A stretch of 64,000 nt of DNA from the NCBI GenBank assembly GCA_963782435.1, contig CAWAKF010000050.1, forward strand, positions 74,599-138,598. The letters are read 5' to 3'. The position numbers were made by a program, and so were the translations under genes. Source of the DNA: an uncultured delta proteobacterium. Lineage in GTDB: Bacteria; Desulfobacterota; RBG-13-43-22. Below the pieces are notes generated by a model. It was not told the DNA's origin. It worked only from the letters and a program-made list of their open reading frames with translations, and did not search any database. Positions 38,833 to 47,763 of this stretch are shown piece after piece. Each line of letters opens with the position of its first letter. Position 1 is the first letter of the stretch.

Positions 38833-40388
38833 TGAGCGAAACATATGATGTTTTGATCAAGGGCGGCAGCGTCTATAACGGTATTTCTGAAATTCCGCAC
38901 ACGGCTGACGTGGGCATTATCCAGGATAAGATCGCCAGGATCGGTCTTCTGACCGAACCGGCGGCCAAGACCATAGATGCCCGGGGTTTGGTGGTGATGC
39001 CGGGATTCATAGACCTGCACACCCACTGCGATTCTCCTTTTATGTTGAGCCGGCGTTTCAGGGAGCAGGCGCCAAGCCTTCCCTCGGTCAAGGGTAATTG
39101 GAATTATCTGCTTCAAGGCGTCACTACAGTCGTTTCCGGTAACTGCGGCGAAGGATTCGCCGATCTAAATCAATGGTTTGATTATTTGGATAAATTGAAA
39201 TTCGGGACCAACGTCCTGCACCTCGCCCCCCATGGTCAGATCAGGACCGCCTTATTCGGTGATAATCAACCCCTTGTTCCAACGACGGCTCAATTGGAAG
39301 CCTTGAAGGCCAAGACCGCCGAAATAATGGAAATGGGGGCTGTGGGGCTGTCAACCGGACTGGTTTACGCTCCCGGGTTTCTGGCCGAGAAGGAAGAAAT
39401 CACCGAGATGACCAAAATAGCCGGCCGGTACGGGGGACTTTATACATCCCATATTCGCGATGAATCCGGCCGATTTTTAGAGGACCACGATCGGGGCCTG
39501 CTAAAAGCTCTCAGAGAAGCCATTGAAATCGGCTGTGGGGCTGAAGTCCCGGTCCATATTTCACATTTAAAAATATCCGCTCCATATGAAGGATTAAAAG
39601 CGGATCAGGTTCTTGATATTTTTGAAGGGGCTAGAGCCAAGGGGTGGGATGTCACCGCCGATCAATATCCATATCCTGCCGGATCGGCTGCCTTGACCCT
39701 TTTAGCGCCAACGCATTTTCTGAAATATGGCGGGGTAAAAGAGGAATACAAAACCAGGGATGGCCGGCAGGAGATCAGCCGGTCCGCCATTTCGCTGTTC
39801 ACCTGGCTTTCTCCGGAAAAAATATTCATCAGCGAATGCCAGGCCAACCGGGAATTTGAAGGCTTGACTCTGGCGGAAATTTCCGAAAGAGTTTCCCGGA
39901 ATCCGGAAGATGTTTTCGCCGATTTGATTTCAGCAAAAAGGCCTCCCTTGGCGGTCTTCTTTTCCCAGGACGAAAGCGCCATGCGGGAGATGATGCCCCA
40001 AAGATATGTCTTCACAGCCTCTGATGGATGGACCTGTCTGAAAGACGCCATGAAACCCCATCCCCGTTGTTACGGGACCTTTATCCGGAAAATAAAAAAT
40101 TACAGTTTGGATGAAAAAGTGGTCAGCCTTGGAGCGGCCATTCGGTCCATGACTTCTCTGCCGGCCGAGAAATTTAAAATCAGGAAGAGGGGACGGATTT
40201 CCGAGGGATATTATGCCGACCTGACCCTCTTGAATCTTGATCAGCTTTCAGATGAGGCCAGTTACCTGAATCCTCACCAATACCCCAAAGGTGTCGAGTA
40301 TGTTATGGTTAATGGAATTCTTGGAGTAGAGCAGGGTAAGCCGACCGGCCGGGAAGCCGGCAGACCGATTCGCAGAGGAGAATCTTGA
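38832..40388 (+). CDS. N-acyl-D-amino-acid deacylase (D-aminoacylase) family amidohydrolase
   Basis: 518 aa with an N-terminus YDVLIKGGSVYNG...VVMPGFIDLHTHCD typical of this family. Confidence 0.85.
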   Translation: MSETYDVLIKGGSVYNGISEIPHTADVGIIQDKIARIGLLTEPAAKTIDARGLVVMPGFIDLHTHCDSPFMLSRRFREQAPSLPSVKGNWNYLLQGVTTVVSGNCGEGFADLNQWFDYLDKLKFGTNVLHLAPHGQIRTALFGDNQPLVPTTAQLEALKAKTAEIMEMGAVGLSTGLVYAPGFLAEKEEITEMTKIAGRYGGLYTSHIRDESGRFLEDHDRGLLKALREAIEIGCGAEVPVHISHLKISAPYEGLKADQVLDIFEGARAKGWDVTADQYPYPAGSAALTLLAPTHFLKYGGVKEEYKTRDGRQEISRSAISLFTWLSPEKIFISECQANREFEGLTLAEISERVSRNPEDVFADLISAKRPPLAVFFSQDESAMREMMPQRYVFTASDGWTCLKDAMKPHPRCYGTFIRKIKNYSLDEKVVSLGAAIRSMTSLPAEKFKIRKRGRISEGYYADLTLLNLDQLSDEASYLNPHQYPKGVEYVMVNGILGVEQGKPTGREAGRPIRRGES

Positions 40389-40721
40389 AACCAATGCTTT
40401 TTTAGGGACTGGTCCGACCGATTGTCTCCCGGTTGGGAGCCTCTGTATAAGTTCGACGATACGGTCGGCTCGGTCGGCCCTTCGACGTTGTCGAACTAAT
40501 AGAAAAAGGCTCCGATTCAGGAGCTAGACCGAGCGAACCGGACATACAGATCACACGGCTACTTCTTCTGCGCCTCAAAACATCAAGAATACGATATCCT
40601 GAGTACTTCTGTCCACCTGCGGCGGATGGAGGAGGTTGAAGGAGGAGCGTCACACCAAAAACATTTAGGTCTCAAAAAACGCCGAATCCCGCCGAGGGAG
40701 GGGGGAAACAAAGAACAGCTT

Positions 40722-41630
40722 TTAAACCGGGTATAACCAATTTTTAAATCGAGTATCCTTACCACTGGTGATATTCTCGAGCAGGGAGGCCATTTTTTTT
40801 GTCACCGGTCCCGGCACTTCAGAAAGCTCCCTGTCCTCGATCCGGCGAATGGGCAGAACCTTTAAAGGACTACAGGAAAAAAACATCTCTTCGGCCTGGT
40901 TGAGCAAATCCGGTTCCAGGCGTCCTTCGAAGGTCTTAAGCCCAATGGCTTCGGCTGCCTCCAGGACCGACATCCTGGAGATACCAGCCAGCACAGTTCC
41001 CAGGGACGGGGTCATCAGCCGACCGTCCTTAACCAGAAAGAGCGATTCGGTTGAGCCTTCGGCAATAAAGCCCTGGGTGTCCAGCATCAAGGCATGCTCA
41101 AATCCACGCTTTCTGGCATCAATCCTGGCCACCATGCCATTAAGGTAATTGGCAGCCGCTTTGGCCGGCACAGGAACGGTTTGAGGATCGATCTTACGCC
41201 ATTTACTGATCGCGGCGGTTGTTGATGAGGCCTCCGCCTTTCCTTTTACAAACCCTTCTGGATCAAGTGCAAAGATGGAGACTTGCAAAGGTTCGTTTGG
41301 CGGTACGACTTCGACAGAAATTTGGGGATAATAACAGAGAATCTTTATCAGGCCCTGGTTAAGCTGATTGGCCTTCACTGTCCCAGCCACAGCCTGGCAA
41401 AATTCCACCGGCGACATTGGAAGCTCCATATCCAGAAGTCTCGCGGTGTTAAAAAGACGTCGAATGTGATCCTCAAGCCGAAAAATGGCCGGTCCGGCAT
41501 CAGTGGCATGGAAGCTTATAACTTCAAAGATGGCCGATCCCCTACCAAAGCTGTGACTCATAATGTGGACCGTGGCCTGCTGCCAGCCAACAAATTCCCC
41601 CTTCATATAAACAATACTGTTTTCAAACAT
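40722..41630 (-). CDS. class IV aminotransferase (branched-chain / D-amino-acid aminotransferase)
   Basis: Fold-type IV features. Start moved to MFENSIVYMKGEF (SD GGGAGAG). My manual count of this internal start differs by 1 nt from the ORF-track frame, so treat the coordinate as +/-1. Confidence 0.85.
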   Translation of the reverse strand: MFENSIVYMKGEFVGWQQATVHIMSHSFGRGSAIFEVISFHATDAGPAIFRLEDHIRRLFNTARLLDMELPMSPVEFCQAVAGTVKANQLNQGLIKILCYYPQISVEVVPPNEPLQVSIFALDPEGFVKGKAEASSTTAAISKWRKIDPQTVPVPAKAAANYLNGMVARIDARKRGFEHALMLDTQGFIAEGSTESLFLVKDGRLMTPSLGTVLAGISRMSVLEAAEAIGLKTFEGRLEPDLLNQAEEMFFSCSPLKVLPIRRIEDRELSEVPGPVTKKMASLLENITSGKDTRFKNWLYPV

Positions 41631-41805
41631 TTTCTCTCCCTTCCTTTTAAAAACACTAATGAAATTTGAATCCAAACGGGTTTATGGAACAACTATAGCT
41701 ATTTAGATTCCCTTGCATTGCACCTAAGAGTCTTTTGAGTAAGTGTTTATGAAATTTATAAATTACGAAAGGAAATAAGCAATAACCAAGAGGTAGTTGG
41801 GATCC

Positions 41806-42606
41806 TCAGACGAACCAGTAAAATTCCGGTCTCCTGTCTTTCAGAATATCATTAAATTCGTTGATCTGTTTATTATCAGACAGGTGGGGATCTATTTCCG
41901 AAAGAGCCAGGCAATTCTTATCAGCCGGGGCCGAGGAGAGTACCGTCCCGTCAAAAGATGTAACCTGGCTGCCGCCGGTGAATGTATTTTCTTCATTACC
42001 TCTCTTCTCTGTTCCGATCCGGTTTGCCGTTACAGCAAAAACACGGTTTTCGAGGCACCTTGTCACCATGGCCTGTTGACAATAGGGCATTACCAGGTTC
42101 GACGGGTGGGCAACCACCTGGGCCCCCTTTAATGCCAGTGACCTGACGATCTCGGGGAAGATCCAGTCAAAGCAGATCATCATTCCAATTCTCATCCCAT
42201 TGACGTTATGGACTTCCAATGGCCGGTTTCCCGGCATAAACCATTTTTTTTCTTTATTGAAAAGGTGGATCTTCCTGTAGATCCCGATTGTTTTATCCTG
42301 ATAGACCATCATTGAGGAATTGAAATAATCACTGTTCTCTTTTTCCGGGAATCCCCCGACAATGACCGCTCCCGTCAGAGACGAAATATCTTTCAGGAAG
42401 TCAAAGGTTTCACCGGGGCTGTCCGTCTCTTCAGCCAACGATTCCACTTCCTTCCGCGAAGTAAAAGTATATCCGGTAGCAAATAATTCCGGGAGCACAA
42501 TCAGATCGGCTTTGACGCCGCAGAGAAGACTGGTAATCTCCCGGAAGTTCTTGGCTTTGTTCCCGAACCGGGGGAAGAATTGAACAAACCCTATTTTCCT
42601 TTTCAT
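41806..42606 (-). CDS. carbon-nitrogen hydrolase (nitrilase superfamily)
   Basis: 266 aa with Glu (PELFATGY) and Cys (MMICFDWIFPE) catalytic contexts. Confidence 0.85.
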   Translation of the reverse strand: MKRKIGFVQFFPRFGNKAKNFREITSLLCGVKADLIVLPELFATGYTFTSRKEVESLAEETDSPGETFDFLKDISSLTGAVIVGGFPEKENSDYFNSSMMVYQDKTIGIYRKIHLFNKEKKWFMPGNRPLEVHNVNGMRIGMMICFDWIFPEIVRSLALKGAQVVAHPSNLVMPYCQQAMVTRCLENRVFAVTANRIGTEKRGNEENTFTGGSQVTSFDGTVLSSAPADKNCLALSEIDPHLSDNKQINEFNDILKDRRPEFYWFV

Positions 42607-42674
42607 TTTTCCTCTTCCTGATTGATATCACTTGTCCCTTTATTACTATAAAGTCAATCAATTTCAATCGATTT

Positions 42675-42905
42675 TCAAGTGACATGCATGGCAAAAACAG
42701 CGTCTAAGGGGCAGGCCTCAATACAGTCCCAGCATCCCATGCACATATCCTGAAATATCATGGGTTGTTCGAAAACACCGTCGATCTGCTTGATTACTTT
42801 GTGCGTGCAGGCCGTCACAGCAGCACAACGTCCTTCGCTGGGGTTGCATGTTTTGGGGTCGCATATATCGTATTTAATGGTAGCGAATGATTTCTTGGGC
42901 TGCAT
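42675..42905 (-). CDS. small 4Fe-4S ferredoxin-like protein
   Basis: 76 aa with CMGCWDCIEACP plus additional Cys residues. Confidence 0.65.
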   Translation of the reverse strand: MQPKKSFATIKYDICDPKTCNPSEGRCAAVTACTHKVIKQIDGVFEQPMIFQDMCMGCWDCIEACPLDAVFAMHVT

Positions 42906-42966
42906 AAATAGGTTATCCCATTGAGCCGGTTTTATAACGTCTTAGTCGAGCATTAAAACTTTAGAG

Positions 42967-43086
42967 CGTATTTGGGGTCAGTTATTTTAATGACAATTTA
43001 TTAAACCGGTCGTCTATCTTTATCCGATCTTGTTCTTTTTTATTCTTTGGCATTTTGTCCATCTGAAAAATCTGACCCCAAATACG
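42967..43086. repeat. perfect 15-bp inverted repeat flanking a 90-bp AT-rich spacer
   Basis: cgtatttggggtcag (42967-42981) and ctgaccccaaatacg (43072-43086). Confidence 0.75.
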
Positions 43087-43151
43087 ATAGACCCCTAAGG
43101 CTTACCCTTTTGTCTCCAACCTGGTCCGTAGGCCGGGGGTATTATGACGCA

Positions 43152-43829
43152 CTAAACAGATGGCCACTTGCCAATTGATAATACGGGAAAACCGGCATTC
43201 TCCAGATCTTGAACGATAGCATTATATTTTTCCGTTCTGATTCGGATGGCCGTGAGCCTTTTTCCATCGACGATAAACGATGGGGAAGTGATGCTGATCA
43301 CACTAACCTCATGTTCTTTAAACACCTCAAAGATTGCACATAATTCACCAGGTTTATCTTCAAGAGCGATGGTCAGACGAGTCCCTTTCTGTTTGATGCC
43401 GAATAGGTCAACCAGCAATGCCAGGGCGTCCGATTCGGTAAAAATTCCATAAAGCTTTCCGTCTTCGACAACGGGAATACAGCCAATTTTTTTATCGTGC
43501 ATCAATTCTACCGCTTCTTCGACCAGCGTGTCGGGGGAGATGGTGATTAATTTTTTCTGAGGGGTCATGAAGGATGAAACCTGAAGTTTCCCCAACAGAT
43601 AACTAATTTCGCCGACGCTTAAAGATGTGGCATCCGAAGGAGCCGCTTCCCGAATGTCTCGGTCGGTAACAATGCCAACCAGTTTATTATGATTATCCAC
43701 TACCGGCAAATGCCTGATCCCATTATCTCGGATAATTTTTCTCGCCTCAAAAAATGATGCCTCCGGATTAATCGTTACCGGATTCCTTTGGATCATTTCC
43801 CTCATAAAACCTTTGTAATTGATTTCCAT
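43152..43829 (-). CDS. CBS-pair + ACT domain protein (AcuB-like)
   Basis: 225 aa with two CBS motifs followed by an ACT-like C-terminus. SD GGAGGAG upstream. Confidence 0.82.
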   Translation of the reverse strand: MEINYKGFMREMIQRNPVTINPEASFFEARKIIRDNGIRHLPVVDNHNKLVGIVTDRDIREAAPSDATSLSVGEISYLLGKLQVSSFMTPQKKLITISPDTLVEEAVELMHDKKIGCIPVVEDGKLYGIFTESDALALLVDLFGIKQKGTRLTIALEDKPGELCAIFEVFKEHEVSVISITSPSFIVDGKRLTAIRIRTEKYNAIVQDLENAGFPVLSIGKWPSV

Positions 43830-43911
43830 GGCCTTCTCCTCCTTAGATATATTTTTATTTTTGATTTAGTTGATTCCGTTCGTGACTGTCAGTACACTGA
43901 CAATATTTCTC

Positions 43912-43962
43912 TTAATTAGTGTTCATCCGGAAATCTTGAATTTCCGGATGGAAACTAATTAA
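43912..43962. promoter_or_regulatory. 51-nt near-perfect palindrome (operator- or hairpin-like)
   Basis: TTAATTAGT-gtt-CATCCGGAAAT-cttga-ATTTCCGGATG-gaa-ACTAATTAA, in a divergent intergenic region. A related motif occurs at 47666. Confidence 0.5.
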
Positions 43963-44164
43963 TATAAGCATTTTTAAATTAAATCAAGAAATTATTAAAT
44001 CTGGTAGGGTGATACCCACTTTACCCGGTTTCCAAGATCGAGAATTTATTGTCAAATATTTTTGAAACGGATCAAACCTGCTTTTGACTCTTAAAAGAGG
44101 ACATTTCATCTCCTTAGACTTTACCCAAGGACAAAATAACTTCCCGATAAAGAAATGTCCCCAA

Positions 44165-44232
44165 TCTTGGAGGGAAATCAAGAAAAGAGTTCTTGCTTGA
44201 CGCTCTATCGCTTTTTCTCTATATTATATTCT
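44165..44232 (+). promoter_or_regulatory. hairpin + sigma70 promoter cassette, copy A
   Basis: Hairpin TCTTG/CAAGA followed by aaaagagttcttgcTTGACG-N17-TATATT. About 45 of 49 nt are identical to 55161-55210. Confidence 0.6.
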
Positions 44233-44305
44233 TACAATTATTTTTATAAAAACTTTTTTCATGAAAAAATTATTGAATTGTGATTGACAAAAGGAGGAAT
44301 GTACC

Positions 44306-45931
44306 GTGAAAAACCTTTTTTGTGCTGATCGGGTCCTTATTAATGGCAAAATACTCACCGTGGACCCCGGAGACTCAATCATTGAGGCGGTAGCTATTAA
44401 GGACGGTAAATTCCTGGCCTGCGGTTCGACTTCCGAAATTATGGAATTAACCGGCGACAGGACAGAGGTCCTTGACCTTAAGCAAAAGACCGTCCTGCCC
44501 GGGATCATCGATTCGCACACGCACCCCAGCCTGGCCGCGTCACTGGTAACGGAAATCAACTGCCGCCAACCGGGAGTTCAGAGCATTGGGGATATCCTCC
44601 ACATGGTGAAAGAGCGATCGAATGACCTTGGTCCCGGCAAGTGGGTTCGGGGTGGAAATTTCAACGATTCCAAGCTGGTTGAGAATAGGCATATCACCCG
44701 CTGGGAACTCGATGAGGCGGCGCCCAATAACCCGGTGTTCATTCTCTCGGATACCGGGCACCAGTGCCTGGTGAACAGCGCGGCCCTTGAGCTGGCCGGG
44801 ATCAGCCGTCATACTCAGGATCCTCCGGGTGGCAAAATCGACAGAGATCCGAGCAATGAACCAACCGGTCTTCTGTACGAGACAGCCACCGTGCTGGCCA
44901 CACGGGTTATTCCTCCTTATACCGTCGAAGAGTTGAAGGAAGGTTTTAAAGTGGTCCTGGGTCAGTTTTCCGAGTGGGGCATAACCTCCACCCACGATGC
45001 CAGTGGTTACAACCTGGCCATCAGGGCCTACCAGCAGCTTTTGCATGAAGGTATCAAAAAGGTCAGGATGAATCTTATGGTCAGTGTTTTTCCAAAAGAA
45101 CCGGATGGCGTTAATCTGAATGAGGCCATGACCAATCTGGGTATCGAGAGCGGTTTCGGGAACGATTGGCTGAAAGTGATGACCCTTAAGATCATGGGGG
45201 ACGGATCGGGAGCGGGCGGTACAGCCGGGGTATACGAACCACAGAACAGAGGTCCCAAAGGGCTTGGCATCATGATGACTGATCCGGAGATTATGGAGCA
45301 ACTGGTCCTTAAGGCCCATAATTCAGGCCTCCGCTGCAGTATCCACAGCATTGGAGACCAGGGCATTGACATTGCCCTGGACTGTATCGAAAATGCCCAG
45401 AAGTTGCATCCGATCCCGGATATGCGTCACAGACTGGAGCATAACAGTTGCTGTACCCCGAAACAGCTTAAAAGAATCAAGGAGCTGGGGGTAACCCCTT
45501 CGAGCAGTATTGGATATATGTATGGTCTTGGAGACCAGTATTATGAGAATTTTGGACCGGAGAGGAGCCAATGGCTCCATCCTCACAAAACCATGCGGGA
45601 AATGGGCATCATTGCCGGTGGAAATAACGATTGTCCCATAACTTTCTATTCGCCCTTTGTTCAGATGTATGCCGCAGTAACCCGAAAGACCGGCAGTGGA
45701 AAGGTGATAGGCCCGGGGGAAGCCATAACCCTGATGGAGGCAATCCGGCTCTACACCTGGAACGGAGCCTACCTGAGTAAGGATGAGGATCGGCTGGGCA
45801 GCATTGAGCCGGGGAAATTGGCGGACCTGATCGTTATCGACCGGGATATTTTAAGTCTGCCCCTGGAGGACCTCCTGGAAACCAGGGTCCTGACGACCAT
45901 CGTGGATGGAAAAACTGTTTATCTGCGTTGA
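44306..45931 (+). CDS. metal-dependent amidohydrolase (amidohydrolase-3/YtcJ-like)
   Basis: 541 aa with the PGIIDSHTHP metal motif. GTG start with GGAGG 7 nt upstream. Confidence 0.85.
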   Translation: MKNLFCADRVLINGKILTVDPGDSIIEAVAIKDGKFLACGSTSEIMELTGDRTEVLDLKQKTVLPGIIDSHTHPSLAASLVTEINCRQPGVQSIGDILHMVKERSNDLGPGKWVRGGNFNDSKLVENRHITRWELDEAAPNNPVFILSDTGHQCLVNSAALELAGISRHTQDPPGGKIDRDPSNEPTGLLYETATVLATRVIPPYTVEELKEGFKVVLGQFSEWGITSTHDASGYNLAIRAYQQLLHEGIKKVRMNLMVSVFPKEPDGVNLNEAMTNLGIESGFGNDWLKVMTLKIMGDGSGAGGTAGVYEPQNRGPKGLGIMMTDPEIMEQLVLKAHNSGLRCSIHSIGDQGIDIALDCIENAQKLHPIPDMRHRLEHNSCCTPKQLKRIKELGVTPSSSIGYMYGLGDQYYENFGPERSQWLHPHKTMREMGIIAGGNNDCPITFYSPFVQMYAAVTRKTGSGKVIGPGEAITLMEAIRLYTWNGAYLSKDEDRLGSIEPGKLADLIVIDRDILSLPLEDLLETRVLTTIVDGKTVYLR

Positions 45932-45957
45932 GCCAAACGGGGCAATGGATGAAAACC

Positions 45958-46440
45958 CTATTTAGACAACGCCCCATCGATTCTCTTTTTCGTTTCCGGA
46001 TCGAGCAGGTGCAGCTTCTCCTGCGAGAGGGATAGCCGGATCACGGCCTGTTTTTTGAACCGATGCCCGTCCGGCAGGCGGACCGTCAAATAGACTTTTT
46101 CCGGACCGATGTAACCATGTACAAGGGTATCGGCCCCAAGAAGCTCTACCTGGCCCACAGTAAACAAAATCGTGGGGGAATCCTTTGAATCGAGTTCTAT
46201 GTGCTCGGGTCGAATTCCGAGGATTACCTTTTTCCCGGCCCAACCTGGAAGGGCTAATCCGCTCAAGGAGATCCGGATATTACCGGGGAGTTCCAGCATC
46301 TGGCCGCCTTCCAGAACCGTCACTTCCCAATTGTTTTTCCTTTTGACGAAATCCCTTGGAACCGGTACTATAACAGCCTTATTAACACCTATTTGAGTGC
46401 CCTGATCAGGGCAGCAGTCCAGGGGTATACCGCCAGCCAA
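45958..46440 (-). pseudogene. MalK/UgpC-type ABC ATPase, C-terminal regulatory (TOBE) domain only
   Basis: ...VILGIRPEHIELDS...VELLGADTLVHGY...KLHLLDPETKKRI matches the C-terminal domain of sugar ABC ATPases. The Walker/ABC part is absent. Confidence 0.6.
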
Positions 46441-46556
46441 TTTAAGGATTTAAAATATTTTTCCCGTCTACCGGGTAAATTATAAAACGAACATTCAGAA
46501 ATAGGCCGGCTGAAAAAACATCAATTCTCAATCCGGTAGTATGAAAGGAGATACCC

Positions 46557-47657
46557 ATGTCAGTAGAAATTTACCAAAAAACAGCAAAAGCGCTTGCTGA
46601 ACGTGGCGGAGCTATCCCGGTCATTAAGAGCAATGAATTTGACGCTCTGCTCCGGGAACTTTTTGAACCCGAAGAAGCGGAACTGGCCTCGAAAATGCCG
46701 CCGAAACCGATATCCTCAGATGAATTCGCACGCGACTTGGGAGAAAATCCGGAGCAGGTGAAATCCATACTCGAGGCCTTGGCGGATAAAGGCATTGTCT
46801 TTACCAGGGATAAGGATGGGGAAAAGGTTTACAGCCTGATGCCGTTGCTTCCAGGTATTTTTGAACTGCAATTTACATCAGGGGTTGTCAACGACCGGAC
46901 TAAAAGGTTGGCCAAGCTTTTTGATGATTACTTTCGATTGTTCGATGAACGGGTGATGAAGCCGTTAAAAGAATCCAATGAAAAAATAGCTCTTTTCCCA
47001 TTTTCCCGTGTCATTCCGGTGGAAAAAGAGCTGCCCGGTCCTGAAACAATAGTCCATCCCTATAGCAGGGTTTCCGAATTTATCGAAAAAGCGGACGGCA
47101 TAGCGGTAAGCACCTGCTACTGCCGCCATCATGGGGAGCTTATCGGAAACCCATGTGACCGTCCCAAGGAAGTCTGCATGAGTTTCGGCCCTCAAGCTAA
47201 ATATATCGTCGAACGGGGCTTTGGCCGGGCACTCGACAAAAAGGAAGCAAGAAAGGTGCTGGATATCGCTGAGGAAGCCGCTTTGGTGCATTGTTCCAGC
47301 AACACAGGCGAATATATAACCTTTATGTGCAATTGTTGCAATTGCCACTGCGGTATTATTAAGAGCATCAAAAGCGGGATCATCCCCATGAGCGCCAACT
47401 CCGATTATATTGCGAAACTGGATGTAGAAAAGTGTACAGGATGTGGGACGTGCCTGGATCGTTGCCAGGTGGATGCCATCACCTTTGGGGTTGATGACCT
47501 TGCGGTTTTGAATGAAAACCGCTGTATCGGCTGTGGTCTTTGTGTTTCCACCTGTCCCGGTGAAGCGTTGACAATGGTGCTCCGGGAAAAGACGGCGGCC
47601 CCGCCTGCGGGCACCCGGGAACTCAGCCAGGCCATGAAGGCCTCTGTTTCGAAATGA
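46557..47657 (+). CDS. 4Fe-4S dicluster protein with an N-terminal winged-helix-like region
   Basis: 366 aa with CTGCGTCLDRC and CIGCGLCVSTCP plus additional Cys clusters (CNCCNCHC). SD GGAG upstream. Confidence 0.78.
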   Translation: MSVEIYQKTAKALAERGGAIPVIKSNEFDALLRELFEPEEAELASKMPPKPISSDEFARDLGENPEQVKSILEALADKGIVFTRDKDGEKVYSLMPLLPGIFELQFTSGVVNDRTKRLAKLFDDYFRLFDERVMKPLKESNEKIALFPFSRVIPVEKELPGPETIVHPYSRVSEFIEKADGIAVSTCYCRHHGELIGNPCDRPKEVCMSFGPQAKYIVERGFGRALDKKEARKVLDIAEEAALVHCSSNTGEYITFMCNCCNCHCGIIKSIKSGIIPMSANSDYIAKLDVEKCTGCGTCLDRCQVDAITFGVDDLAVLNENRCIGCGLCVSTCPGEALTMVLREKTAAPPAGTRELSQAMKASVSK

Positions 47658-47665
47658 ACGAGAAC

Positions 47666-47688
47666 TCCGGAAAATTTCAGTTTCCGGA
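47666..47688. promoter_or_regulatory. TCCGGAAA-N7-TTTCCGGA palindrome
   Basis: It lies directly after the stop at 47657 and 76 nt upstream of the next ATG. It is followed by tagacactaatt, as in the 43.9 kb copy. Confidence 0.45.
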
Positions 47689-47763
47689 TAGACACTAATT
47701 TACAAATATCAGGAGGAGACTGAACACGTGAGGATAATTTGATGACCGAAAGGAGAGGTTGTT

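Noticed and set aside
40402-40720. tmRNA, tRNA-like or RNase P RNA
   Set aside because: Short resemblances (ttcgacg, cgaatcccgcc) are present. However, there is no acceptor stem or CCA context, no T-arm pairing and no resume-codon/tag ORF arrangement.
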